Shown here: in pieces, positions 28,687-39,883 of the stretch | Numbering within the stretch: the stretch's first letter is position 1 | Layout: each line of letters starts with the position of its first letter | Assembly (NCBI GenBank): GCA_963707985.1 | Contig: CAVPRW010000042.1 | Location: forward strand, 192,001 to 256,000 | Direction: 5' to 3' | Source: an uncultured Nitrospinota bacterium | GTDB lineage: Bacteria > Tectomicrobia > Entotheonellia > J063 > CAVPRW01 | Length of the DNA stretch: 64,000 bases | Notes under the pieces: model-generated | The model's database searches: none | Seen by the model: only the letters and a program-made list of their open reading frames with translations | What the model was told of the DNA's origin: nothing | Translations under genes and position numbers: made by a program

Positions 28687-29400
28687 ATGAGTTCGACAAG
28701 AAGCATCCTGATGGTTGTGGCGAACCCGTCCGTGGCGACGACCACCGGCTGGCCGGTGGGGTTCTGGGCGGCAGAGCTAATACACCCCTATGATGTCTTC
28801 ACGCGAAAAGGGTACGAAGTCACCATTGCCAGCCCCACTGGGGGAAAGGTTGAAATGGATGCGTATTCCGATCCGCGGGACGCCAGTGGCTATTCGAAAG
28901 ACGACGCGCTGAGCCTGCAATATCTCAACAACCCAGGATTCGTTACGCTGCTAGAGAACACCCCCAGTGTCGCTAGTCTCAAGGCTGATGACTTCGAGAC
29001 GATCGTCGTGGTGGGCGGACAGTCGCCGATGTTCACCTTCAAGGACGCCGTCGCCTTACAGCGACTTTTCTTAGACTTCTACAACAACGGCAAGGTGAGT
29101 GCGGCCCTGTGTCACGGCACCTCTTTACTGCTGTACCTAAAAGAGGCCAACGGAGACCCCTTCGTCAAGGGCAAGACCATCACGGGCTTTGCCAATAGTG
29201 AGGAAGATTTTGCTGACAAGGCTGTGGGGCAGAAACTCATGCCGTTCCGTATCGAGGATGAAGCGAGGAAGCTTGGGGCGACCTTTCTTGCCGCGCCGGC
29301 GTTCCAGCCCCATGCCGTGCGTGATGGTCGCCTCATCACAGGACAGCAACAGCACAGCGGCGGTGAGGTTGCGAAACTGATGCTTGAAGCACTCGCCTAA
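28687..29400 (+). CDS. DJ-1/PfpI family protein (intact copy)
   Basis: GFWAAEL..PY, SAALCHG, GFANSEED, DGRLITGQ; SD AAGGAG. Confidence 0.92.
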   Translation: MSSTRSILMVVANPSVATTTGWPVGFWAAELIHPYDVFTRKGYEVTIASPTGGKVEMDAYSDPRDASGYSKDDALSLQYLNNPGFVTLLENTPSVASLKADDFETIVVVGGQSPMFTFKDAVALQRLFLDFYNNGKVSAALCHGTSLLLYLKEANGDPFVKGKTITGFANSEEDFADKAVGQKLMPFRIEDEARKLGATFLAAPAFQPHAVRDGRLITGQQQHSGGEVAKLMLEALA

Positions 29401-29474
29401 CAAGGAGAACTTGCTGGTTTCCTCAACATCGCTTGCTTGGGGGTCGGAAGGGTCGGTTCGGCGTTACCGGAACG

Positions 29475-29566
29475 CCACACCTGACCTTTATGAGGTCCGC
29501 AGTTGTGAAGAGGCCAACCAGTTCAGTGAGCGGGAGCTTTGCCACTTTTGGGTGCTCGCGAAGCCG
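29475..29566. repeat. 92-bp dispersed repeat, copy 2
   Basis: 87/92 identical to 6904..6995. Confidence 0.92.
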
Positions 29567-29749
29567 TTATTTGGGCTCGTCTGTTGACTTCGTTTCCATG
29601 AGAGCCTCGTGATAACTTGTCACGATACTAGCCATATTTCCAGGGGCCACTCTGCCCATTTGACCGATGGCGCCAGGTCCAAACGGGACTATGTTTAAAG
29701 GGCACAGGAGAGGTCATCTTGGACAACCATAGGCATCTGGAGGCATGAC

Positions 29750-30703
29750 ATGGAACAATGTTCATCCGAGACGGCCAGCGCAGTACTGGCCCTCTCCAAC
29801 GGGTTAGCGGCTGCAGTCGAGCGCGCCAGTCGCGCTGTGGTGACGGTCAATGCCCGACCGCGCCTACCTTCAAGTGGTGTTCACTGGCGCCAGGGTCTGG
29901 TGGTAACGGCTGACCATACGATCATGCGCGAGGAACAGCTTGCCGTCATCCTGCCGGACGGTCGCACAGTCCCCGCCACACTGGTCGGCCGTGATGCGAG
30001 CACGGATCTGGCTGTGCTCAGGTTCCAGGGGGTCGAGCTCCCCATCGCCGAGCTCGGCGAACCCTCCTCGTTTAGGGTTGGCCACTTGGTGCTGGCGGTC
30101 GGACGTCCCGGTGAACGCGGCCCGAGCGCAAGCATGGGGGTGATCAGCGCCGTAAGCGGCCCCTGGCACACCTCGAGCGGTGGCCAAATCGACCAGTTCG
30201 TGCGCCTGGATCTGAATCTCTATCCCGGCTTCTCGGGCGGTCCTTTGGTGGATGCCCGGGGGCACATCGTCGGCATCAATACCTCAGGCCCACGGAGTAT
30301 GGTGCTGGTCATTCCCACCTCGACGGTGAACCGTGTCGTCGACCAACTCTTGGAGAAGGGACGCATCGCACGTGCCTACCTTGGCGTCGGAATGCAGCCC
30401 GTCCGCCTGCCGGATACCATCAAGAACGCCTTGAACTTGCCCGGGAACAGTGGGGTCATCGTCGTCGCTGTCCAGCCCGACAGCCCTGCTGAGAAGGCCG
30501 GCGTGCTGATCGGCGACGTGCTGATCACCCTTGATGGCAAGCCGCTTAGCGACACGGCCGACGTGCTGGCCGTGCTGAGCCCCGAGCGTGTGGGCAGCCC
30601 GGTCAGGGCATCCATCGTGCGTGGCGGTAATCTCGCTGAATTGATGATTTCGGTGGGCGAGCGGCCCCAGAGGGAGGGTTCCCGTGGCTTGGACAGCGAA
30701 TGA
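29750..30703 (+). CDS. S1C/HtrA-like serine protease with PDZ domain, no signal peptide seen
   Basis: TADH, TDLAVL, PGFSGGPL triad; YLGV...SPAEKAG...GD PDZ. Confidence 0.92.
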   Translation: MEQCSSETASAVLALSNGLAAAVERASRAVVTVNARPRLPSSGVHWRQGLVVTADHTIMREEQLAVILPDGRTVPATLVGRDASTDLAVLRFQGVELPIAELGEPSSFRVGHLVLAVGRPGERGPSASMGVISAVSGPWHTSSGGQIDQFVRLDLNLYPGFSGGPLVDARGHIVGINTSGPRSMVLVIPTSTVNRVVDQLLEKGRIARAYLGVGMQPVRLPDTIKNALNLPGNSGVIVVAVQPDSPAEKAGVLIGDVLITLDGKPLSDTADVLAVLSPERVGSPVRASIVRGGNLAELMISVGERPQREGSRGLDSE

Positions 30704-31577
30704 TACAACAGAGGGATGTTCCCACTTTGCCGAGGAATTCGCCGCCGTGGCGGAGCGTCTGCGTCGTGCCACGGTCCAAGTGTACGGGCGCGGACGCGGA
30801 GGCGGGTCGGGGGTCATCTGGCGTCCGAACGGTGTGATTATCACCAACGCGCACGTCACCCGCGGCCCGCACGCCACCGTTGTGCTGGCGGATGGGCGAA
30901 CCTTGAGAGCGATGGTCACCACCAGGGTTTCCTGGCTCGATATAGCAGTGCTCACTGTGGCTGTCGCCGGCTTACCGGCGGCTCCGATTGGCGACTCCAA
31001 GGCACTCCGCGTGGGAGAGTTAGTATTCGCTATCGGCAATCCTCTTGGGGTCATCGGCGCCCTTACGACCGGCATTATCCATGCTATCACCCCGGCTAAT
31101 GCCTTGAGCAGCCGCGGCTGGATACAAGCCGACGTCCGTCTGGCGCCGGGCAACTCAGGAGGTCCCCTTGCGGATGCTCACGGCCGCGTGATCGGGATCA
31201 ATAGTATGATTGTTGGGGGATTAGCCCTGGCTGTACCGAGCCATGCGGTGGATCGCGTCCTGAACGACGGTGGGAAGCGACCCTTTCTTGGGGTCAGCAC
31301 CCAGGGCGTGCACATACCCCTTGAGGGTAAGCGTATCTTCGGCCTGTTGGTGTTGGAGGTCGTCTCGGGGAGCTCTGCTGAGGAGGCCGGCCTCTTGCTT
31401 GGTGACGTACTGATTGGCGCTGGAGGTCACATGCTCAAAGCCCCAGATGATCTCGCCAGCGCGCTCGCCAGCGTCTCGGCCGTCACCACGTTGCAGCTGA
31501 AACTCATACGTGGCGGTGTGCCTTTAACCCGCGACGTCGTCGTGCGCGCCGCAACTGACGCCGTGGAGGCGGCGTGA
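30684..31577 (+). CDS. S1C/HtrA-like serine protease with PDZ domain
   Basis: TNAHV, DIAVL, PGNSGGPL; C-terminal PDZ. Confidence 0.92.
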   Translation: MAWTANDTTEGCSHFAEEFAAVAERLRRATVQVYGRGRGGGSGVIWRPNGVIITNAHVTRGPHATVVLADGRTLRAMVTTRVSWLDIAVLTVAVAGLPAAPIGDSKALRVGELVFAIGNPLGVIGALTTGIIHAITPANALSSRGWIQADVRLAPGNSGGPLADAHGRVIGINSMIVGGLALAVPSHAVDRVLNDGGKRPFLGVSTQGVHIPLEGKRIFGLLVLEVVSGSSAEEAGLLLGDVLIGAGGHMLKAPDDLASALASVSAVTTLQLKLIRGGVPLTRDVVVRAATDAVEAA

Positions 31578-32218
31578 TCCGTGTTCTGATGAGTGCGACC
31601 TCGGAGATCGTGCGCGCCGGGTTGAAAGCGCTGCTCACGTCCAGCCCGGGGCTGGCGGTGGTGGGCAGCGCACCTGATGTAGTCACCCTGGCCCATCAGG
31701 CTGAGGACCAGCAACCCGATGTCATATTGGCGGAACTGGAGCCGCCTGATGACGACACCATGGCGGCCTTGTTCGCGCTGGGGATAGGCTCACCCCCTCC
31801 GGCCATAGTCGTCCTCGCGGATGACGCTTATCCTGCCTGGGCAGCCGAGGCGCTGCGTGCCGGTATACGCGCGATCTTGCCACGTCAGGCAAGCGCCAGC
31901 GAAATCATTGCGGCCGTCGAAGCGGCGGCCGCGGGCCTCGTGGTGCTACACCGCGAGGCCCTAGAATCGTTGCTGCTCATGCCCTCAACTGCTTCACGCG
32001 CACTGCCGGCTATGCCAATTCAGGCGCTGACCCCGCGTGAGATCGAGGTGCTGAGCATGCTGGCTGAGGGGCTAGGCAATAAGGCTATCGCCTGGCGGTT
32101 GGACATCTCCGAGCACACTGTCAAGTTTCATGTCGGATCCATCCTTGCCAAGCTCAACGCTGCCAGCCGCACCGAGGCCGTGACGCTCGGTATCCGGCAA
32201 GGTTTGATCATGCTCTAG
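31574..32218 (+). CDS. NarL/LuxR-type response regulator with atypical receiver
   Basis: LTPREIEVL..LAEG.GNK.IA..L.ISEHTVKFH; PDVILAE has Glu at the usual phospho-Asp. Confidence 0.92.
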   Translation: MIRVLMSATSEIVRAGLKALLTSSPGLAVVGSAPDVVTLAHQAEDQQPDVILAELEPPDDDTMAALFALGIGSPPPAIVVLADDAYPAWAAEALRAGIRAILPRQASASEIIAAVEAAAAGLVVLHREALESLLLMPSTASRALPAMPIQALTPREIEVLSMLAEGLGNKAIAWRLDISEHTVKFHVGSILAKLNAASRTEAVTLGIRQGLIML

Positions 32219-32479
32219 AGAAACGCACTGGCGAGCGAGCCCTCTAAAGGGGATGGTGTAGCACACCAGATCAGAGGCCGAAAGGTCACTGCCCTCTCTG
32301 TTGAACGGTGCCATGGGAGAAATAGCCCGCTTTGCACGTGGCGGCGCCAACGCGTCATCAAGACGCAGTCTCGCTCCCACTCCGAGGTGGCCGACCTGGA
32401 CAATTGCCACCGGCTGTTGGGTGCAGCCACTGCATAGGTACAGCCAGGAGCTATGGGAACTTGTCACACAGCCTCTAGG

Positions 32480-34585
32480 TCACGGTACGGTAGGGACGAA
32501 GAGGAAATCTCCTGATTCATGCCCAGCGAACTTGATCGGTGCATACTGAGGCACCTGCTCCAATGGTCCCTGGTCTGTCATCACAGCGGACGCGGCATAG
32601 GCGACTCGGGCCGAGACCTCTTGATACACACGTTGCCCTTCAAGAATCTCGTTGTTTCCTCGGAGTACATCTAAGAAAGCTTTGGCAAACACAGAGTGTT
32701 TCCCGCCTCCGCTATCCAAAACCGGCTTGAGGTCGCCAGCGGTCAGTACGGTACGCGAACGTTTCTCCGCCATGGTTTTCAGCCAGTGATAGCGGGCCTC
32801 GTCGGACATACCAGCCTCGAGACGGGCGAGCGATGAGCGAGTTAATGCGCCGGCGTAGCAGGTATCAGCAACTACCAGCACATGCTTAGCCGATATTGCG
32901 CCGATGATATCGGTGATCGCAATGGTGGAGATCCAATTCGCATTGCTGTCGACTTCCCCGTCGATTGGTATCCAGTAACCACGCCCAATCTTGTCATCTA
33001 ACTGGCCATGCCCGGCGTAATAAATTAAGAAATTATCCTTTTCGGTTAACTCCTTCCGGGCTTCATTGAGGGCTCGGAGGATATCATAGCGGGTAGCGTT
33101 GAGGAGCACCGTCGTCTTGAAGCCATATTTCTGTCTGAGCACATCGGCGGTTTCCTTGGCATCCAGCTCCGGTGTGACTAGCCTCGGCCAGGATATATAT
33201 TGCTTATTGGCGATGATCAAAGCCTGAAAGTTTCCAAACTCCGCCGCGGGCGGTACCGATTTTTTTGGCACCACGGGGGACGAAACAGGTTGTGCCTTTG
33301 CCTCGCTGAGCGGTTCCTCTGCTGCGAGCAAGAACTCCACATTGGCGCGTTTCCCCTGGTTGTCGATGGCCACAATTGTCACAGGAACGCTGGAGCGTTG
33401 CACGGGTATCTGCATACGAAAGAGGCCATTTCCCTCGATTTCCTTCTGGCGATCATTGACGGTAAATGCCAACAACCCAGCGGGAGCGGTCACCTTGCCT
33501 ACGATCAAACGCTCGATGCCTGAGCGCGTTTGCACCCGCGGGGTACCATCGCGTGTCAACAGCGGCGGGTCGATCAGCTCTATCGTCGGACCGGGAAGCG
33601 CGACTTGTTGCTCGTTCACCTGCACGAGCTGCTTGCGACGCTGTTCGGCTTCAGCCTCCAACTGGGCCACTTGTTGGCGCAGTTGGGTCATTTGCTGATC
33701 TTGGCGCGCGAGACCGGCCTCCCTCTGCCTGAGTTGCTCTTCCAGTTTTCCGACCTCAGCGTTATCCGATGCGGCTGCCGTCAGTTCCTGGCGGGCTTTG
33801 GCCAATAGTTGCCGTGCAGCCTCGGCGTCGTCTGCTCGCTTCTCCAATTCCCCCCGTTCGTGTTCCAATTGCGCTCGGCTATACGCCAGTTGTTGCCGGA
33901 GGGATTCCGACTCTCGTGTCCTGCGATCGACCTCTCGTCTGAGCTCCTTCAACTCCTCGCTGGCTTTGGTATTGATGCTCGCCGGATCAATAGCGATGGC
34001 AGAACGTAGGCCAGAAGCCTTGCGGTACCAATCCAATGCCGTCATGGGGTCTTTCTCTACACCTAGGCCCTTTTCGTACAGATACCCAAGGTTAATTTGC
34101 GCGCGTTCGTAGCCTTGCTCAGCAGCATTCCGATACCATTCGGCGGCGAGAACATAATCGGGCTGAACCCCCAGGCCTTTCTCGTAGATTTCTCCTACAT
34201 ACGTTTGGGCGACCTTGTCCCCTTCCTTCGCCTGTGGTAACCAAACTTTCAAGGCCGTAGCATAATCACTTCGGTCATAGGCCACATATTCTCCTCCCCT
34301 GATCTCACAATCTTGTGCTGCGGTTTTGATGGGTCGCCGCGGAGTTAGGTAGACCATCGAACGTCCCAGTTTTCTGATCTGACCAGGGAGAAGGCAATCC
34401 ACCACCAACAACTCATCCGCACTTCGGGGTTGAGAGGTGGATGAGCCAGGCATTGACTGACCCATTTCATTGACAGTGCTACATCCGAACGAAAAAAACA
34501 GCAGGCCAATAATAAACGGGAAACCTACTCGTGTTGGTAGACGATAGGCAGAAGAAAATCTCCCGCGCACAGCAGTGCTGCACAT
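32480..34585 (-). CDS. Lipoprotein with Sel1-like repeats, coiled coil, Ig-like segment and C-terminal caspase-like (C14) domain
   Basis: Lipobox-like SFGC; AQTYVGEIYEKGLGV and AQINLGYLYEKGLGV; YYAGHG and ADTCYAG His-Cys dyad; HSVFA. Confidence 0.9.
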   Translation of the reverse strand: MCSTAVRGRFSSAYRLPTRVGFPFIIGLLFFSFGCSTVNEMGQSMPGSSTSQPRSADELLVVDCLLPGQIRKLGRSMVYLTPRRPIKTAAQDCEIRGGEYVAYDRSDYATALKVWLPQAKEGDKVAQTYVGEIYEKGLGVQPDYVLAAEWYRNAAEQGYERAQINLGYLYEKGLGVEKDPMTALDWYRKASGLRSAIAIDPASINTKASEELKELRREVDRRTRESESLRQQLAYSRAQLEHERGELEKRADDAEAARQLLAKARQELTAAASDNAEVGKLEEQLRQREAGLARQDQQMTQLRQQVAQLEAEAEQRRKQLVQVNEQQVALPGPTIELIDPPLLTRDGTPRVQTRSGIERLIVGKVTAPAGLLAFTVNDRQKEIEGNGLFRMQIPVQRSSVPVTIVAIDNQGKRANVEFLLAAEEPLSEAKAQPVSSPVVPKKSVPPAAEFGNFQALIIANKQYISWPRLVTPELDAKETADVLRQKYGFKTTVLLNATRYDILRALNEARKELTEKDNFLIYYAGHGQLDDKIGRGYWIPIDGEVDSNANWISTIAITDIIGAISAKHVLVVADTCYAGALTRSSLARLEAGMSDEARYHWLKTMAEKRSRTVLTAGDLKPVLDSGGGKHSVFAKAFLDVLRGNNEILEGQRVYQEVSARVAYAASAVMTDQGPLEQVPQYAPIKFAGHESGDFLFVPTVP

Positions 34586-34728
34586 TTTACACCTCGACTG
34601 TCCCGTAATGGATCAGCCATGAATTTCTCATAATACCTAACGAGTGTAATCACGCTGACCGCTGGTGCAGATTTTCTCTCCATCTTTGACAGGCTTGCAA
34701 AACAAGCAATGTCTCGTTGCGTGAGCAA

Positions 34729-36366
34729 CTAGAACGCAAGCCGAACCCCCAATATGATCTCATTCTGGGCTGTATGTGCCAGGGCCAAAGCGGTTTGGTA
34801 GTAGATAAAGGCGGACTTTCCTCCTTGAAACACTGCTGACAGACCGAGACCCAGGTTGAAAAAGTTCTCGCCTGGACCGTCGGTCCGGATATCAAGCGGC
34901 TGCTTGCTAGGGTCATTCACATAGTTAGCGGCAATCAGGCGACCGTTATTCAAAAATTCATGCACCCATTCAAACAGCAGCTGTGGCACGAACACCGCCA
35001 CTTGTGTACTGTATGCATAGATGACCTGGCCACCGAGAGCAGTAGTCAACGACTCTACAATTTGGTCGCGAAACTCCAACGCCAGCCCGAAGCCGGGGTC
35101 GGTATTATTGATGCTTTCCCTAAACCCATTGATATCTAACTTGAAATAGTTCAGTCGACCATATGGCACAAAGGTAAATCCACCACTCCGAAACTCATAG
35201 CCGCCACCAACCCCCAGAGAATAGTTGGTGCCATCAGTGTCCCCATTAGCTGTTTGGTTCACCTGTGTTGTCATTCCGGGGATTGGTACTCCTTGTGGAG
35301 TGGTGCTTGGAATTGAGTATATGATATTGCGCTTGGAATCAAAGGTATTCCAGCCAATCGTCACAATGCCATCGACATAGAATCGCTCAAAATAATAGGT
35401 GCCATAGAGCGAGCCACTATACTGATTGGTATCCAAGCTACCACCCGAAGTGTCGAGATCAGCATCTGTGGAGGCATAGCCGAAAGCCCCGCCCAGAATA
35501 AAATTATTGGTGAACCGATAGTCAATACCTGCGGTTGTCCCAAGAGTATGGAAGTCAAAACCAGCTTCCCTATCGGTCCGGTCTCTATCACCCAGAGAGA
35601 AGTTCCCGTTCGCGAACACTCCGAGCCTGTCGAAAACACTTGATTTACCAGAACTCCCCATGCCATCGTTTTTGCTCTGCGCTAGCAGATCGGCCAACAC
35701 CACGCCGGGAGCGGTTTTCGGACTTGTAGGAGCCTCAAATTTGGGGAAAATAGTCGGCGCATCAGCATTCGTAGTTTCATGACCTTCGTTGTCTGGCAAC
35801 AGGCTGGCGAGCATCGTTCCAGGCAGTGTCTTCCCATTCAGATTAAAGGATAACCCTCGAATGCTTATGCCCATCGCCCCTCCACGTAGGGCCGCGAGAC
35901 GCGCACCGATATTGGTGCTCTGCCCTCTCGCGGAATTGACTTCACTGGTCCCTTGGGAGGGAGTTTTGTACGACGAGGCCTGAAGAAGCGGATTCAATGT
36001 CGCCTGCTGCGTCGCTGGATTCGTACCATTAACGACCATTTCCGTGCAGCGCCGTTGTAAATCCCCTTTTGCACCTGTGGTGGGATCTAACTTTGGACAA
36101 AGGGTGCCAATAGCAACACCTGTCGCATTGATTGGTGGAGTGCCACCAGGGATAGAACTCAAACTCTCGGCAGGATTCTGAGCCAGAGCTGGTGTCACCA
36201 TGTAGGGGCCGAAGACAAATACTAAGGCGAATGACATCACGCTAACTAAGGAGACCGGATTACTCTCTATCTTCAGCGGCACTCGTTGGAGCATCCGGTT
36301 GCAAAGAATACACAACCTTAGCATCAGCCGTCCTGGCTCGAACGGTGAAGGTATACTTCCGAGCAT
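34729..36366 (-). CDS. Autotransporter-type outer-membrane beta-barrel with short passenger
   Basis: NIGARLAALRGG linker helix; G.DYRF, GGAFGY, GGGYEF, WVHEF, C-terminal LGVRLAF; true start uncertain. Confidence 0.85.
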   Translation of the reverse strand: MLGSIPSPFEPGRLMLRLCILCNRMLQRVPLKIESNPVSLVSVMSFALVFVFGPYMVTPALAQNPAESLSSIPGGTPPINATGVAIGTLCPKLDPTTGAKGDLQRRCTEMVVNGTNPATQQATLNPLLQASSYKTPSQGTSEVNSARGQSTNIGARLAALRGGAMGISIRGLSFNLNGKTLPGTMLASLLPDNEGHETTNADAPTIFPKFEAPTSPKTAPGVVLADLLAQSKNDGMGSSGKSSVFDRLGVFANGNFSLGDRDRTDREAGFDFHTLGTTAGIDYRFTNNFILGGAFGYASTDADLDTSGGSLDTNQYSGSLYGTYYFERFYVDGIVTIGWNTFDSKRNIIYSIPSTTPQGVPIPGMTTQVNQTANGDTDGTNYSLGVGGGYEFRSGGFTFVPYGRLNYFKLDINGFRESINNTDPGFGLALEFRDQIVESLTTALGGQVIYAYSTQVAVFVPQLLFEWVHEFLNNGRLIAANYVNDPSKQPLDIRTDGPGENFFNLGLGLSAVFQGGKSAFIYYQTALALAHTAQNEIILGVRLAF

Positions 36367-36890
36367 GTTCCTTCTCCCCTTGCGCTATCAGCTGTCGTCA
36401 CCAAACCGCTGGGTTGTGGCCAGAGCGGCATTGATTATTTGCGGAGCTTGAGAACCTGCGCGTGCCACCTTCCCTCATTTTAAGCTTAAGCGGATTGCCA
36501 CTTAAATGGGATTCCACCTCTCGATGAAGCGTGAGGTACCTGAAAAACGGGCATTTCCTTCCTCCATCAGATATTGTCATCGCCCAGCCTTCTGCCAGGA
36601 GGGAACGTGCAGTCAGGGGGATTGAGCGGTCGACGGTATAACACTGAACATTGTCTGCAAAACCATTGATTGCTAAGAGTTTGCCGGGAAGTCCCCTATG
36701 TGAGGGTGGGCGCAGTATATTTTCCGCGCCCCCAGTTTGCAACAAAAAAGCACATCGAGGGCCAACATGTATGGGATTGGGTGGTTGGGAACACTTGACT
36801 TTTTATAAGGTCGCCAGTAGGGTGACATCATGGTAATGCTGTGGAGAACTTGTGCAAATGACCAGGTAATTCCTAAAGGTAAATCCTTCG

Positions 36891-37905
36891 ATGGAAGGAC
36901 TTACGCACCTCAATTCTCCCGTAACAGAGTTGATGCAAGTCACGCAGGCACGTCTCGCGCGTTTCCCCTCTTGGCAATGCGTAGCAACGCTCCTCTTTAT
37001 TTATAGTCCTGGAACTCTCTTCATGTTGTCTTTTGACCCGGCATTTGCGGTCTCTCCTGCTGTCTCAGACGTTTCATCTCCGGAGCAATACTTGGCGCAG
37101 GGCTGGCAATGGTTCCAGCAGGGCACCTTCGACCAGGCGTTTACCAGTTGGATGGAGGCTGCCCACTTATACGGGCGCGTTGGCAAACCCAACAAACAGG
37201 CTGAAGCGCTGCGCTACCTCTCTCAGGCCTATCAGTCAATTGGCCAGTACAGGCAGGCCTTGCAAAACCTCGAATCCGCGCTTGCTCTGATCGAGAAGTC
37301 GGATGATCGGACGCAAATGGGCTCTGTCTTAGGCAGCATTGGTTTGGTAATGTATACATCACCACCGGGCCGCCTGAGACAGCCCATGAGTATTTGAGCG
37401 CAGGTCTTGGCATGGCATGGGAAATGGGAGATTCCTTGTCTCCCGTCTGGAAAAGGAGTTGAGGGATGAAGGGTTCACCATCGTGCATACCGCCTCTCAT
37501 GGACGATTCGAGGGCAACATCGCGAAGACGTTTCTGCGAACCTTCGACGGCAAAGTGACGATAGAGCGCCTCGATCAGTTTGTGGGCCTCTTTCGATTTC
37601 GCAACGAGGCTTTCGAATTGCTGGCGTTGAACGCCTGCGAGACCGCTGCGGGTGATGATCGTGCAGCGCTGGGCCTGGCTGGCCCAGCCGTCAAAGCAGG
37701 GGCTAGAAGCGCCCTTGCTACGCTGTGGCATATTAATGATCCAGCATCTTCAACTCTGATTGCAGAGTTTGACCGGCAACTCCGAGATCCATCGGTTTCC
37801 CGGGCTATCGCGCTGCAGCGTGCCCAATTGAACCGACTGCATGATCCCCGTTATCAACATCCAGGCTACTGGTCCCCGTGTTTGCTAATCGGCAACTGGC
37901 TGTAA
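36891..37905 (+). pseudogene. TPR-CHAT protease, internally deleted and frameshifted
   Basis: Two TPRs (ALRYLSQAYQSIGQY..AL) joined at ~37430 to the CHAT C-terminal half (HTASHG, LNACETA, LATLW.I.D, HPGYWS). Confidence 0.85.
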
Positions 37906-37920
37906 AGGGAGTCATGCGCC

Positions 37921-39883
37921 ATGAGCTCCTTGCGTCGACTCCTACGATCCCCACTCGCCGCCAGCTTAGTGGCCAGCGCCCTAGTTTTTCTCTGTGTTAT
38001 GACCCTACGAAGAGCCGGCAGCTTCGAATCGCTTGAGCTTGCCGCCTACGACTGGTATATCCGCTTACGACCAGATGTTTCGGTGTTGGACTCTCGGATC
38101 GTTCTCATCGCTATCACGGAACGTGATATTCATCACCAGGGGCGCTGGCCACTCGCCGATGGCACTCTGGCGCAGGTGCTAGAGATGCTCACGCAGTACC
38201 GGCCACGCGCCATCGGTCTGGATATTTATCGGGACATTGTCGTCCCGCCGGGGCGTGAAGAACTTGATGCGCTTTTGACTGGCAATCGCCATATCATTAC
38301 AGTGACGAAATTAGGGGAAGGGGGGTCGGATGGCATACCGCCTCCCCCTGTGCTTCGGGATACAGATCAGGTCGGCTTCAGTGATATCGTCGTCGACCGT
38401 GGTGGTATTGTGCGTCGGGGTCTGCTCTTCCTGGATGATGGCGAAAGAGTCGCCTATTCCCTTCCCCTGCGGTTGGCGCTGCTGTACTTGCAGGCAGCAG
38501 GCATCAGGCCGCAACCTGACCCAGCCAATCCACAGCATATCCGCCTGGGACACACGACCATACGGCCGCTTGAAATGAATGATGGCGGATATGTCGGCGT
38601 GGACGCGCGAGGGTATCAATTTTTGCTCGATTTTAAGGATGCGCGAGGAGCATTCCCATCCTTTTCCCTGACGACGCTGCTGGCCGGGGAGATCAATCCA
38701 CAGGCGATCAAAGATAAAATTGTGCTTGATCGGAGTCACCGCTGAAAGTGTGAAAGACTTTTTCTACACACCGTACAGCCGAGGACTGCAAACCGATCAA
38801 CAGATGGCGGGGATCGAATTACACGGGCACATTGTTAGTCAATTGCTCAGATTCGCGCTTGACGGTAACTCGCCTGTAGCAACCGCGAGCGACCTGCATG
38901 AAGAGGCATGGATCCTGCTGTGGAGCCTGATGGGCGGGGCGATTGGCCTTTGGGTGCGCTCCCCCTGGCGCTTTGTGCTATTGGCCGGAAGCGGCCTGCT
39001 GCTTCTCGCACTCATTGCCTATGTCGCCTTTTTAACTGGATGGTGGATTCCATTAGTACCGCCCGCCATGGCCTGGCTGATCTCTGCGGCTGTCGTCACC
39101 GCCTATATGTCGAATCAAGAAAAGCGACAGCGGGCACTCCTGATGCAACTCTTTACGAAATATGTCCCCAACAAAGAGGTTGCGGAGATCATTTGGCAGC
39201 AACGGGACCAACTTTTGGACGGTGGCCGGCTGCGCTCGCAAAATTTAACCGCGACCGTATTATTCACAGATCTGAGGGGGTTTACCACGATAGCTGAAAG
39301 CCGCGACCCACAGGCGATCATGGATTGGTTGAATGCGTATATGGAAGCGATGGCCCAGCATGTGATTGACCATGGAGGCGTGATCGATAAGTACATAGGT
39401 GACTCCATCATGGCCATCTTTGGGGTGCCACTGCCTCGACAGACCGATGCTGAGATCAGCCGAGACGCAGCGAATGCCGTGAACAGCGCCCTGGAGATGG
39501 AGAGGAGTCTGAAACAGCTCAACAGCGCATGGCGGGAGCAGCATCTGCCGACTATCGGGATGCGTATTGGTATTTTCACCGGGCCTTTGGTGGCGGGTAG
39601 TCTGGGGAGCGCCCAGCGATTGGAGTACACGGTCATTGGGGATACCGTCAACACCGCCGCAAGGCTTGAGAGCTTTGACAAGGACCTGTTCGCCTTCGAT
39701 GATCTCAACAGTCCGTGCCGTATCATCATTGGCGAAGCCACGTTGCATCGGCTGGGTCACCAATTCGAGACACACCATCTTGGTGAGGTGAGCCTAAAAG
39801 GGAAAGACCAGAAGATAACCGTCTACGGCGTGATCGGGCGAGCCAACGACAGTTCCGACAAGGTGAGTCAGGAGGACAGGTGA
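37921..39883 (+). CDS. CHASE2-3TM-class III adenylate cyclase (one +1 frameshift near 38725)
   Basis: CHASE2 (WPL.D..LA, IGLDIYRD, D.GGIVRR); LFTDLRGFT, DKYIGD, YTVIGDTVNTAARLE. Confidence 0.9.

Noticed and set aside
36640..36700. c-di-GMP-I riboswitch upstream of the autotransporter (GGCAAAC on the minus strand)
   Set aside because: No GNRA-loop stem or GACGCAAA element follows.
32480..37905. Anti-phage caspase/CHAT defence system (gasdermin- or Craspase-type)
   Set aside because: No gasdermin, NLR/STAND, TIR or Cas genes; both proteases appear exported and sit in a signalling context.
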